The position numbers were made by a program, and so were the translations under genes. A stretch of DNA of 60,140 bases, filler included, from Hausera hauseri (lineage: Eukaryota), in NCBI GenBank assembly GCA_046269625.1. It is 11 parts of 11 records of this genome, joined end to end, with 100 filler letters (N's around TTAATTAATTAA, not from the genome) between each part and the next. Parts side by side here need not be neighbours in the genome. Positions count along the whole stretch, not along the records: positions 1 to 7,578 come from JBJURY010005790.1; positions 7,679 to 12,108 come from JBJURY010586111.1; 9 more parts are not named here. One strand, 5' to 3'. Positions 1-12,208 of the stretch are shown piece after piece (position 1 is the first letter of the stretch; the number at the start of each line of letters is the position of its first letter). Under the pieces are notes generated by a model that saw only the letters and a list, made by a program, of their open reading frames with translations, was not told where the DNA came from and did no database searches.

Positions 1-246
1 CCGTGCATTTCTTGGCTTTCGCATTGTATATAATTGAACCAGTCGATTTTCTTTTAAACCCCATTTCAATCCATTTGGTATTTTACTCTCTTTGTCTATT
101 TCTACATAACTTTTATTCTTTAAATTCTCTCCGATCTGGCGATACAAACTCTTGTATAGTAGCTTTAGAACTGTCACACGCTGTTGTAGGAATTCGTCGA
201 TGTCGTATCCGGAACTGGTTGCGGAATTTTTTGCCGTTTCGGCCAT
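1..246 (-). CDS. Partial ORF of unknown function running off the window edge
   Basis: ATG at 246 opens 82 stop-free codons (MAETAKNSATSSGYDIDEFLQQRVTVLKLLYK...). No recognisable motif. Confidence 0.3.
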   Translation of the reverse strand, partial: MAETAKNSATSSGYDIDEFLQQRVTVLKLLYKSLYRQIGENLKNKSYVEIDKESKIPNGLKWGLKENRLVQLYTMRKPRNAR

Positions 247-384
247 ACTTACTCCGCTAAAATAAAAATAATGGTCAGTCCTAATACAGATCATCGTTTT
301 GAAACAAAATATTTTCTTTGTCTGATGATAGGATAAACCGATCTGTAATTGTCAGGTTATGCTATCATAAAGTTCGTCTCGGTG

Positions 385-1655
385 TCATTTATCGCCCTTC
401 CGATTTTTACTGCGCTTATTACAATTTTTGGAAACTAGAGAAATCATCGCCGTTAATATGACAAGAACGAAAATTGACAAACTTGATAGAACTATCGTCG
501 GTAAACCGCTTGGCTCAATAGAACTTTTTGTGGTAAACGTATTTTGAGTACTAATATCTTTATGCCGCATTACCTCAATTTTGTTGTCAAGAGTTCGGAC
601 TGTGAAAGTTTTAGGATTTTCACCCTTCGCGGTAATTCGGAATATGTAATTATGTTGCGGTCGTAATCACTCGCATTCGGTTTCCTGATTATTCTTTCTC
701 AGGACCACGACATGGTGGTGTGCAGGGTGGGACATTCAATTTTGATGTTTAGATTTATCGTTTCTTTAGCGTAAAATAGAATTTTATCACTTTTTGCCAA
801 AATCTTAACTGGTATACGTTCTAGTTCTTTTTCAAGCAGTTCCTTCGAAGTGGCGATCACCGTTGTGGCAGTTGTACTTGAAACTGTAAACAGTTTTCTC
901 GTAGTAGTTGGGAACTGAAGTTTCCATATTCCGATTTTTGGACGGTATCCCCTTAAATACGTGCTTCGCTCTCCGGTGTACGTATTGTACAAATCAAGTT
1001 GCAACTGATACCCTTGTCCTAGTTGTAGTACACAGCACACAGTAGGCTGCCGTCATGCGAGATAACAATACTCCGGGATAGGAATCGAGGCATTCAGTGG
1101 TATAAATCGGACAGAAATTTGTCTGTCTTCAGGCAGTTCCACCTTGGTTTTAATTCGAATACATTGGTTTTTTAAGTACTTGGAAATCCCAATAATGTTA
1201 TAGTCTAAGGGCTTTTTGAATGGGTCAGTGTTTTGGATTATTTCATCCGTCTGGGCTAAATTCGTGTCATTTTGTTGAGGATTTCTTATTGAAAATTCAG
1301 TGATTATGTAGGCTTGATCTCCGGGTTGATTATAATAGAAAATTTGAAATATGCATCCGCAGGCTTGTCCAAAATCTAATTTACAACATTTTCTCTGAGC
1401 TCCGTATGGAAAATCGCATGTTCTCACCGCAGATACAGTTACTAATATTATTTAAAATTTTACATAATTCTGAATAGGTTCGCTTGCTTCAAACCTTGCA
1501 CATGGTTTGCTCCAATCCATATCGTGTACTCTGAGTGACTGTAAGTTCTGGATATCCTTTCGTCTTGCCGCATATTGTAACTTTTCGGTTTGACTTATCG
1601 ATTTTACCTTCGGTATGTACGAAGCGATTAACGATAAGGCGAGGACTATTTGCAC
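385..1655 (-). pseudogene. Putative second type I membrane protein downstream of integrase
   Basis: ORFs 1655-1452, 1427-1053 and 1040-699 share one frame. It starts with hydrophobic VQIVLALSLIASY and has a Cys-rich middle. ORF 570-385 supplies a TM (IVLSSLSIFVLVILTAMISLV) and a basic tail after a frameshift. Confidence 0.6.
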
Positions 1656-1668
1656 ATACGTTATCGGT

Positions 1669-4600
1669 CTAGCCGCTATGGACGATGTTTTTTTTTCTGT
1701 TTGTATGCTTTGATTTTGCTCTGCTAGAACGTAGACTGTAACGTTTACTTGGTCTTATTTCCATTTTAACTACTCTTTGAATCGATATGACCTCCTTTTT
1801 GCCGTTTTTATTTATATAAACAGTGGACGGCGTAGTCTTGGTAACTTTATAAAGTCCTCTACCGGTTCTAGTAATTTTGAGAGATGTGCCTTTCTTGGCC
1901 ACTGATAGTGCATGTAAAACCAATTTCGTGGTTCTAGATTGTATGGTTTAGCCTTTGTGTTATATTGCCTCTTTAATTGTTCCTGGTATTCTTTAGATAA
2001 ATCCTTGGCTATTTCCCAACATTTTTGTAATTTCAATTGTAATACCTCGACAAAATTCTGTTTTAGGTCTTCCGTTCTTGTTGAGTAGGGAATCAACCCT
2101 AAATCTGTGGGTAGTACAGATTCTCTGCCGTAGATTATAAAAACCGGAGTGAATCCTGTTGCGGTATGTGGAATATATTAATGGCAAAATGTGTATCTTC
2201 TAAGAACTCATTCCAATCTTTCTGGTCTTTTGCGACTACTGTCGATAAGATTCGTATAACTGTCGCGTTCATTCGTTCAACCATTCTATTACATTGGGGA
2301 TGATAAGCTGTGGTAGTTAATCGTTCCATTTCGAAAATTTTGGTAATTTTATCGAACACTTCGCTCGTAAAGTTTCTCCCTCGATCTGTAAAAATTTGTT
2401 CAGGTGGCCCGTATCTGCAAATAATCTTCCGAACCACTACTTCTTCCAAGGTCTCAGCCTTTTGGTCTACTAACGCTACAAACTCGATGAAATGAGTCAA
2501 TCGGTCTACACAGGTCAAAATATATTTGTTGTTCTTGTGAGTCGTATGTAATGGTCCTACAATATCCATAAAGATTGCTTGCATTGGTCTATCGGGAACG
2601 TTAATAAGTTTAAGCTCCGCGATGTAGTTTTTCGCTTTTCTTTGTTTGGTGACGCATACTTCACACGCATTCACTTAATTTTTCACGTCGATGTATATGC
2701 TCGGCCAATAATATTTATCTGATATTTTTTCCAATGTCTATTTTCATGACATGTGTCCGGCCAGATATGAATTGTGATTGGCCATGAGCACTCCTGCTTG
2801 TAATCCTTTTGGTATGGCGACTAATTTTTGTCCTTTGCGTTCGTAGTACAACACATTTTCAACGTCTCAACGACGCAGTATTTGTGACAATATCGTCTTT
2901 TCTTTGTTCAGCAGAAATTCTCAATGTCTTATCTAGTCTGTGAGTCTATTGTCTCTATACTAAGTCTTCGAGGTGGGCTTTCCTCATTACCGTAACTGCG
3001 CTTGACTTAGGTTTAAGTCTTGACAATGCATCGGCATCGACATGTTTATTTCCAGGTTTGTACTGGAATTTGATATTATATCGTGAGATTTCCCATATCC
3101 ATCTGTTAAGTCTACAGGTTGGATTATTCGCCCTACACTTTAAGGTTGTAACTGTCTTATGATCATTAACTATTACAATCTTTTGTCCATAGACATACAC
3201 GTTGAAGTGTCGCAGTGCTTCTTTCACTTCAGTCGGGTGTTCCAACTCTTCGTCTTTTCGTTTTTGGGCCAGTTCATATTCGATACCTTCCTTACTGGCG
3301 TCCGTTTTGATTATGAATAGTAGGTTAAAGTCGGGATACATTAAAACGGGCTCACTAGATAGGATCTTTTTTATTTTATCAAAAGCTTTCTGTTCGACAT
3401 CGGTCCATTTCCATATGATCCCTTTTTTAAGTAAGCGGTACAAGGGTGCGTTTATCTCTGAATTGTCCGGCACGTTGGTAGAATAATACCCCATGCAATC
3501 CCATATCTTAATTAATAATGATTTATCTGGCTGCGATCCTCCTTTTCCAACTATATGTGCAAGGTACGACACAGCATTCTAAGCCAATTTGCACTTCTTG
3601 GGATTCAGTTTCAATCCAGCCTGCACCAGTCTCATGAGTGTACCCTCAATGTCCTTCAAATGATCCTCTTCCGTTTTTGATGCAATCATGACGTCGTCCA
3701 AGTAGGCGAATGCGTGTTCCAGTCCCATCAGCATCTTGTTCATCATGCGGGTAAAGATGACTGGTCCGGTAGTTATTCCAAATGGCATAACATTAAATTC
3801 GTATATACCGTTGTGTGTCTTAAACGCCGTCTTATACCGATCTTCCTCCTCTATCTCTACTTGCCAATATCAGGACTGTAAATTAAGGGTGGTGAACCAT
3901 TTAGCTCCAGAGAGTCTATCCAAAGCTTCCTTTACTGATGGTAACGGAAAGGAGTCCTTCATCATAAGTGTACTTAACGCTTGATAGTCGATACAAAATT
4001 GGTGCTTAGTGGTACCTTTTTCCTTAACCATGAGTATCGGTGAATACCAAGATTTGTAGCTTGGTCTAATTATGTCGACCTTTAACATCCGTTCAACTTC
4101 CTTAGTTATTTCTGGCCTTAACGATTGTTAAGGAGGGTACCATTTAGGCATTTTTGATCCTCCAAATTTATTTCGTCGTTCGATCCAGGCCTTTTCTTAA
4201 GTAGGATCGTGAGTCTTATGGTTTTGGTTCGCCCAATATCTTCTTCATCTTTCGCGATAATCGAGCTATAACGACAAAATAAGTCGTAAAATCGGCAATT
4301 TGATTTCGGTGAGAATTTAGTCTCGACGTGGGGCGGAAATTTGGCACCATTATATGGTTTCTTTTCAATGGTAATTGATGATACTCTATACGTGTGTCCC
4401 AAAGTGGTATTGGCATAGAGCTTGATTGGGGTTGGTGCATTATGTGCAATTCTGATTGGCACGCGGCCAGTTGATACTCTGGTCAAGATGTTGCTGTGTG
4501 CAATGTTCGGATTGAGTGATTCTCTCGGCCCGAAATATACCGGCTGGTCGTCATCTTGATGTATTTGGGCGTATATTAATATTTCAATCCTGGGCGGTAT

Positions 4601-5000
4601 AGTTTCATCCACGGGAATCCATACTTTTCCAAATTTTCTGTCTTTAGTGATTTTAACTCCTTTTATTGGGCCAAGTTCTATCAGTTTCCCTGCACTGAAA
4701 TCTATCGCTACGTTTGGCAGTTATCTCAATAGATCACAACCTAATACTACGTCATCCGCTAATTGCTCCATTACTGAGAATTCATGATGAAAAGATTGTC
4801 CCATTATGTGAATTTCCGGTTTCCATCGGAATTTTCTTTTAGACGATTGTCCGAAAACTCCGATACTTCCTGGGTCTGTTGCGGAAGGCGGATATAATTG
4901 TTTTCGTAGGAATTGCCGTATTGAATCATATTTTATCAGTTATATTTCGGATCCTGTGTCTATCAGCGCATAAACTTTCCAATCCTCCAATCGAATTTTT
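1669..5000 (-). pseudogene. pol: pol: aspartic protease, RT, RNase H, integrase (disrupted)
   Basis: ORF fragments 4612-4118 (PR-RT linker), 4088-3579 (RT), 3572-2955 (RT thumb/RNase H), 2674-2135 (integrase core), 2096-1669 (integrase C-terminus). The PR-RT-RH-IN order and motifs are Ty3/Gypsy-like. Confidence 0.93.
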
Positions 5001-5649
5001 GCAAAAGGCCACATGAGGGTGTTGGATCGTGGTCACTTTGTAACTGTTAATGGTAACCTTCGTATTTCCAACGGGTTGGTCGATTAACTGTCTCAGTTCT
5101 CCCATTGTGTACAATTCATTATTCGTACCATTTGTGTTTTCCATTCCTTAATTTTTAACTGGTGGCTGAACATCTTGGTTCTGGAGATTGTGTGCCTCAC
5201 TGCTTCTGTTAAATATTGATTGCGTTTCGTTTGGTCTAGGTACTCTAGGTGAATAGATTATACCGTGATCGTCGATCGTGGGATAAACGGTTTTCCTACC
5301 TTACACAACACCGCATAGTGCTTCGTTCCTTCGTAAGGATCCTTTAAACTAAACGGCTTCCGATAAACGTTTGTCTGGCACGAGCTCATAGTTTGTTTCT
5401 CGCAATCATCATATATAGGTGCCGTTGGCGGCAGTATCGGTAATGGTAGTTTCATAACAGAGTAATTTTTGTGCCTGTGTGACCTAGAGATGACGTCTCC
5501 TGCCTTAAGCTTGTTATTGTCAGAATTATTTCTTCGTGTCTTACTATCTATGTATTTTTGCCCGTAATGGAATATGCGTTTTTTACGTTTTCGATTATGG
5601 TACCCAACGTGTCGTTCCACATCTGGTTTCTATTTACTCTCTTCATAAG

Positions 5650-7578
5650 CCTTTAAGAATTTGCCGAAAGGTGTAATAATAGCCGTTAGAATTTTGCACG
5701 AAAATTCTGTCAAAGTAAATATCTCATATTTATTGATGATTGCTTAAATTATAGATTTTACCAGTTGAATTAAAAAGTATATCGCTAGAATTCCTGACGC
5801 GGCTTGTCCGAATATCAGAAATCTTCCCATATTTTGTACAATATTTCAGCCGTTACCTTTTTATAATAGCCAACACCGGGTAATGACTCCCATTTCGCTT
5901 GTTCTCGCGAATCCTCTAATATTGTGTGCATTGCTCGATTCAGTTTGTGCGTACGCTGACGAGGGAAGGCGAGAAATTGTCTGAACGCCTCTACTCCTTT
6001 TGGTCGGAAAATTCCTTTGGCGACTGTATCTTGAAATTTATCATCAGTTATTCCTTTTATTAAGTTTGTCCCTGTTAATTTGGTAGGTAATATGATAATG
6101 TCGCCGTTTGGTAAACTTACCCAGTCGGTTTCTCTTCGCCTGAACATAGGCTCGCATAAACTGGTTTTACAGTCTTTTAAGATTATCGGTTGAGTAGAAT
6201 TAGCCAATAGTACTCTGGTAATTGGTGTTACTAGACTCGGTACGTCCTGGTATATTACTGGAAGTTCTTGTATACACCTCTTTTCTGACACATTAATAGG
6301 TACGTCCTTCTTTTCACATTCGCAGGTCAATAAAACTTCTCTGGTTACCCGTTCAAAAACACCTACCTTTATTGCAATTATTGGTAATGCTAACTTTGGA
6401 TTGAAATATATTAGGGCCAGCTTAGTTCTCATGATTTCCAAATCCAACTTGCAGTCGTTCGTTATCATTTTATGATATAGTTCGGCTATTCCTGATTGTC
6501 CTTTATAGTAGAAATAGTTGTCTCTGTTTTTCAAGTAATCTTTAATCCGGATGTCCTGAGTAACTAGCTTCAACTATCTGACGTTTATTTCCGTTTCCGC
6601 GACGAAAAATACTTAATAGTTAGTAGCGTACATTATAACGTCACATCTTGTAAGTACATCTTTCTTCACAAACTTTAGTCCGTGGGTATCAGAGATCTGT
6701 ATCGTTGGCGTGGACTGTTCGGCTACATCTTCTCGTGTTTTAGAATGAGTTTTTGTGCTACTTATGTACCGTTTTCCTATCGTCTCAGTGAACTTAAGTT
6801 CTTTAATTCTGATAAAGTTGCAATCGGTCTTGGCTGGGGGTTCCAAAATCACTACAGAACTAGGGAACGGGCATGTGCCATCTTGAATGTGGCAATTATG
6901 GTTCTTGGTGTAAAGTTTAGTAACACTATGGAACATCACCGTTTGTATGCCCATTTCAGTTTCGTAAAAATCTACTACTACGATGTTTGACTCCAATCCT
7001 TTTCCCGTGTCGTATTTTGCACCATGACAATGCCCGGTGTGCATGTCTAGTCTTTCTGCCGCCACTTTATACAATCTTATTATCTTCCCTTGTTGCATTT
7101 CCAGTTTCATGCCGTTCCATTTTATTCTCCCCGTTTTTCTAGCTCGCTTACAATGCCGTCGTTCTAAATTCATTGAATTTGGCTGGGTCGTTGGCTTGAT
7201 TATTAACGAGTGTCCATGTACCCGTCCACAATTAAAAATGCTTTGAGATCGCCACAGCATACATTCTACTCTATCCAACGTGACTAGTTCGCATTGTTGA
7301 TATATGACGTAACTTTTTTCTTTTGTTTCTAATTTGTGTGGTCTCGCATCTTCGCACATTTCCAAGTCCATTAATGGATATTTTTGGCCAAGTCTAAATT
7401 TATCACAATCATATACCGTAACCACACACATTTGTCTGATCAACATCATCACCGTCAAAAAGTTGATTAGCCAGTTCGACTCATTTCCTCTAGGATTTCC
7501 GGTTACATTTCGTAGTAGATCCTTGAATTTATTGTTACCGCAGAAGATTCTATTTTGATCTTCTTCTTGTCTTTCGAA
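5650..7578 (-). pseudogene. Chuvirus/Jingchuvirales-like (class III-type) fusion glycoprotein with internal signal peptide and C-terminal TM
   Basis: ORFs 7458-6613 and 6573-5815 are in one frame with a premature stop. Motifs VYDC..YPLMDLEMC, C...SQSIFNCG..HGHS, CKRARKTG, CHGAKY, LYHKMITNDCKL, CIQELPVIY..TPITRVL. TM segment (G)RFLIFGQAASGILAIYFLIQLVKSII follows a 1-nt frameshift near 5826. Confidence 0.85.
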
Positions 7579-7678
7579 NNNNNNNNNNNNNNNNNNNNNN
7601 NNNNNNNNNNNNNNNNNNNNNNTTAATTAATTAANNNNNNNNNNNNNNNNNNNNNNNNNNNNNNNNNNNNNNNNNNNN
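7579..7678. other. Artificial contig spacer (N44-TTAATTAATTAA-N44)
   Basis: The identical 100-bp spacer recurs at 12109, 16285, 22212, 28516, 34354, 40715, 45934, 50323 and 55165. The 12-mer contains stops in all six frames. Confidence 0.98.

Positions 7679-7753
<75 letters not shown>
7679..7753 (+). repeat. (GAT)25 microsatellite
   Basis: Perfect trinucleotide repeat at the contig start. Confidence 0.97.
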
Positions 7754-7855
7754 ATCTTATTTAAAAAATGTTTTTGGAAAACAATTTATAGGTGACAATT
7801 CCATTAGTCGCTCAAAAGTTCAAAGTGCAGAGAATATTCGCTCAAAAATTCCCGG

Positions 7856-8233
7856 TTGTATAATGTTTACAACTTACATTATCTACGCAACGCTATTGAA
7901 TTGCCATTGATGGAAACGATCAGAATCAAACCGGTGAAATATGGTGTATTGGTGAAAAAGCTCGGCGGCGATGATTTGGACACAATGGAATACACAATTA
8001 AAAAAATTGGCAATGATTTGGCATTGAGTAACGATATCCGAGACACACCGTCGATTTTTCTGAAAGGAAATATGGCGAAAAATGTCAGTTCAAATGGCAG
8101 AGAAACCGCAGTAGCAGCAGTTTTTCCACCGGAATGAGATAAAGGCTACCTGACACTGAAGGTCAAAGAATTCAAGGAAAGGAGCGGCGTCAAATCCCCA
8201 GTATGGAACATGGGGAAGTTTACTATGATTTAA
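7856..8233 (+). pseudogene. Small Polinton-associated gene convergent with pPolB (copy A)
   Basis: IKPVKYGVLVKKLGGDDLD..KGNMAKNVS continues past a stop into GYLTLKVKEFKERSGVKSPVWNMGKFTMI. Homologous to 46500-46922. Confidence 0.6.
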
Positions 8234-8449
8234 CTGACTTACTTTGTGTGTTTTGTGATTTCAGATTTTCTACGATCAATAAATAAACGTATTCGTGTTA
8301 CATGTTTTGTTTTCTCGTACAAGGTTATTGTTTTCCCAACAATAATAGGTTAAGTACGTAATAGAAAACAAAACACAAAAGACAATGAACAAAGTACATT
8401 ATTAACATTGAAATAAAACAATGTACGAAAGATAATTGTAAATAATTGT

Positions 8450-11400
8450 CACATTATCCGGACGAGGTTGAATTGCCTGTATTTGTTCTGATCTGAACGT
8501 GTTTTATTTCAACCGCCAATGTCCATACGCCACACTTACTTTCGCTTATTTTCGTTATATGACAAAGTGACTTTCGCACTAGTTATTGTATACAGCTGGT
8601 GCTCAATTGATCGGATGATCGTTTGAAACACAACAGTCACTGATTTTCCTACTTCTGCTGCTGCTGCTGCTGATACTCCATATATACGGTCATAATCACC
8701 GTGGCTGATTCACGTCTGTGTCAGATGGACCCATTTTGCCCGCAATTTCGGTCCACAATCCATCAGAAGACTGTAGCACTTTAGACGTAGAAATATCCAT
8801 TCCCGATACCGGACACGACCTTCACTTTCACCCTTGAAGCGGTCGATTTTATTGGCGATCGCACTGCTGTACAACGGGTAATTCGGTGAGTAGTTGGACG
8901 TGTCCAGTAATCCATATACTGCATTTGCTGCAGTGGTTGTTTGCGATTGACGTTTCTCAGCCGCAGGAAAAACTGTCTGTGTCACCGGCAATTATACTAA
9001 TGTCACAGCCGTCAAACATTTGACGGTAACATGTCACGTCGCGATACTCTAGCTCATACATCCGCAACTTCCTCAGGTCCACTACCATTTGTCCAATGTA
9101 ATTTGGCCGGTCCAGAACGACTTCTTCCCTGTTTAACAGCACCGAAAACAATCCATCTGCAATGTACATTGACCGCCGAAACTATGCCTTGCTAGTATAC
9201 GTAACCAGTCGCTTTTTCGAGTTACATAGAGGCATATAGATCCGCTTTTTCAGATTTTCCACTGTTTTTCCGTACAGGGAATTGTTTTTAAGCTTGTAGT
9301 AGCCCTTTTAGAACTTTATGAAAGCTGCGGCTCGTCTCTCCAAATTTTCATCTATGTACGCCTTGAATATAGGAGCCTGAGGAGATCGGATTTCACGATG
9401 CAGTTGTGTAACGCTTATAGCGAGCTGCATGTAGAACTGTAGCAGATGCCAATGGACCACGTAATTCAACTTCGGTTCATGCGTCATGAGCAGTTTCTTC
9501 ACTTTTGAGCCTGGCGGATATTGGTTAAATGGTGCGACCGATAAATCGTCGAAAACGTCATGCAGCTCATCTGGTACCACAAGATCGAACTTCATCAGGA
9601 TTCCGACTGCGCCTGCCATGTCTGCTCGTGGTAGGTTGACCATTATATCGTCCAGATCTTCTCTGTCGACAGCCCATTGGAATGAACCGTACGACAAGGA
9701 TCGCAAAAGCGCCCAGCTATACGGGTTATTAATATCAATATAAAGCATTGATGTGGTATCGGTAGCACGGACCTAATGCTTGTTGAAAAATGTCATGCCG
9801 TCGCGAATACCAACATCAAACAGCCGGTACATTTCCGGGTCTTGCAGCAGCTCAATGTCTCTATCCAGTGACATTAGAGCCGACGCCCAACCCATTCCCG
9901 GTATGGAATAAAAGTTGAGTGGCTCTAACTTATCTTCGCCAGCGCTTTGGTCCGAAATGCTTCGAAGACGTCGGCTAATAAGTAGACGTCCAGTTTAAAA
10001 TACTGGATCATGTACTCCAACATGTTTCGACAGCCCAGTTCTGTCCACGATTCTTGTGCTCTCCGATATTCGTCTTCTGCGATACCCGTCCATCGCGGCG
10101 GTAATTCCTCTGCAGTACGGAGTCGCTCATATGATGTTGCAAAGTTATACGGAAATATGCCTTTGCGGCGTGAAATATGTGCAGGGAACTGCATCAGTGC
10201 TATCGGCACATCTAGCAATGCATTTACCAGCTTTGCCAATGATTCATTGAGAAATTGCAATGAATCAAGGAAACGTATCTAGAATCGGTTTACACGTGCC
10301 GACAGCGATAGGTATTTTTCCATTCTCGTTGGGATTATGGAGAGTTTCTAGCACGGAAAGCCGTTAATGGTCCATTTGAGAATATGGTGACAGTGATAAC
10401 CTCGGGAATTATGAAAGATCATCGGCAAGAATGGTCGCATTCGCTCTGCTAAATTGAATGAATTGCATGCTGCTCCCAAGTACCGATCGGTGACATGGTT
10501 GTGATCTGGTATGAGCCATTACTGTGCACAAACGGTATTATTTTGTGGCACAGATATCATTCATCGGTTACAGCGAAAAGCAACGGTTGTTATTCGTTTG
10601 CCCAAATCAATGGCTTATTGCAATTGTTGAGATACCATGGCGCCATTTCCGTTTTCACTATAGTTTTCAACTGCTGCAAGAAATTATGTACACAGTTATA
10701 GCCATGGGAAACGTAATACTGCGGTTGTCAGGCGGCTTTTATTGGTACTAGCAACATATCTACGTCAATATGAACGTGCTTTTAATTGTATACACTGTGT
10801 CGTAGTAGAATTGATTTGATATCGGCATACACTACATATGCAGGACTGTCCGCTTTTGACCAGTTACTGAATCTTAACTACTTTTTTACTGGCATACCAT
10901 ACATTGCGGTACCTGAAGAAGTTTGCCTGCACAGCGCCACATGCTTTTCCTATGTCTCATTTGACCTGGATACATGCAGACACACGGGACACCATTTGCA
11001 CCGTATATGCTTTTTGATGAACTGATTATGCACCATGTTCAACAATCTGTCCAAATTGGTCACGACCGTGCAATGAAACTTTTCTTCATTCTGCAACAGC
11101 AACAAATTTACTGGGCAACCAATTGAATTTCGACTGCGGTAAATTATATCCACGTGAGGATTATTGTAAATTTCCTCATTTACCGGTATCTCTACGATTG
11201 TGGTGAACCGGAACACGTTGATTGCCAGTGTCGGTTTACGCCGTTAAAAAGCCAGAATGGTTTTGCATTTTATCGGCATCCAACACTCGTCGTAGTCCAA
11301 TCCTGAGAAATACTTATTGTACTGCTTTGGACAATTTGCATGGTGTCTAGACTCTTGATTATATTTCAATATGGCCAGAATGCTGTAAATAAAGCAGTAT

Positions 11401-11900
11401 TCATCGTTAGTATTTTACACATTCAATACCAACAAAGACTGCTTTAAGAATACAGGTGTCGGTATCAATGAACATCCGGACAGGTATATCATGTCACTCG
11501 TCTTGGACAGAATAAAGCCGAGAGTGACAATCTTTACAATTCGCCAACCACTGCCCTTTTTGATGTAGTTTGCGATTTTTTTGTCAAGCTTTCTACCTAC
11601 ATCAGCAATAAAATCCTCATAGTATTGCATGGATCGATTTGACAGGTACTATTGATTCCTGTCACCCTGCATATTTTCAAATTCTGAAAGTGCATAATAT
11701 TGCACTTGGCAGTGGTGTTGTTGGAATTTGACCACCTCTGATTCCAACGGGTTACGCACATTGGCGGGTATATCGTTCAGTTGCGTTGCTGTATTCGTCG
11801 ACATGCCCACATTCATGTCCACATACGATCTGTTCAAGTCGTATTTGACAGTAACGGGTAGTTCACACTCCTGCTTCTGTTGCTTCTGATTTTTGTTGTT
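8450..11900 (-). mobile_element. Polinton/Maverick-type protein-primed DNA polymerase B, degraded (copy A)
   Basis: KGSGW, endonuclease-VII-like DH.....YLGAAC, exonuclease FHNSRGY, KGIFPY, DVYLLADVFEAFR, YIDINNPY, YYKLKNNSLYGKTVEN, IAGDTDSF. Boundaries approximate. Confidence 0.9.
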
Positions 11901-12208
11901 TTGAAAGTATTCGTCAAGGCTTGCTGATGATTAACGTTTTCTGCTGATTCTTGCTGCGTCCATTAACATTTTCTTTTTGGACCTCTGAAATTGGTTCAAG
12001 TGCTCCTTGTGAATGTTGTAGAATTGTTCGTAGTTGTAGAACAATCGGGACATTCATAGGCCCGTTTACCTTGCACCATTGTGGTTGTTGTTGTAAAATA
12101 GTACTTCTNNNNNNNNNNNNNNNNNNNNNNNNNNNNNNNNNNNNNNNNNNNNTTAATTAATTAANNNNNNNNNNNNNNNNNNNNNNNNNNNNNNNNNNNN
12201 NNNNNNNN

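Larger units (their letters stand above)
385..7578 (-). mobile_element. Degenerate Ty3/Gypsy LTR retrotransposon with a chuvirus-like glycoprotein upstream of pol (copy 1)
   Basis: Ordered minus-strand domains: glycoprotein (7458-5650), protease LIDTGS (DTG at 4952-4960), RT (SPILMVKEKG..FCIDYQAL, MPFG, YLDD), RNase H (KTDAS, DADALSR), integrase (CEVC, MDIVGPL, TDRGRNF, AYHPQCN..ERMN). Many stops and frameshifts. Confidence 0.92.

Noticed and set aside
5815-5830. Possible programmed frameshift producing a secreted glycoprotein ectodomain
   Set aside because: Copy 2 has the extra G (57747-57750) and stays in frame, so this is a 1-nt deletion or sequencing error in copy 1.
7623-7634. Recurring TTAATTAATTAA motif between N runs
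   Set aside because: Identical 100-bp artificial spacer at all ten joins; not biological, and gene neighbourhoods across it are invalid.
7680-7910. Poly-Met ORF
   Set aside because: Translation of the (GAT)n microsatellite.
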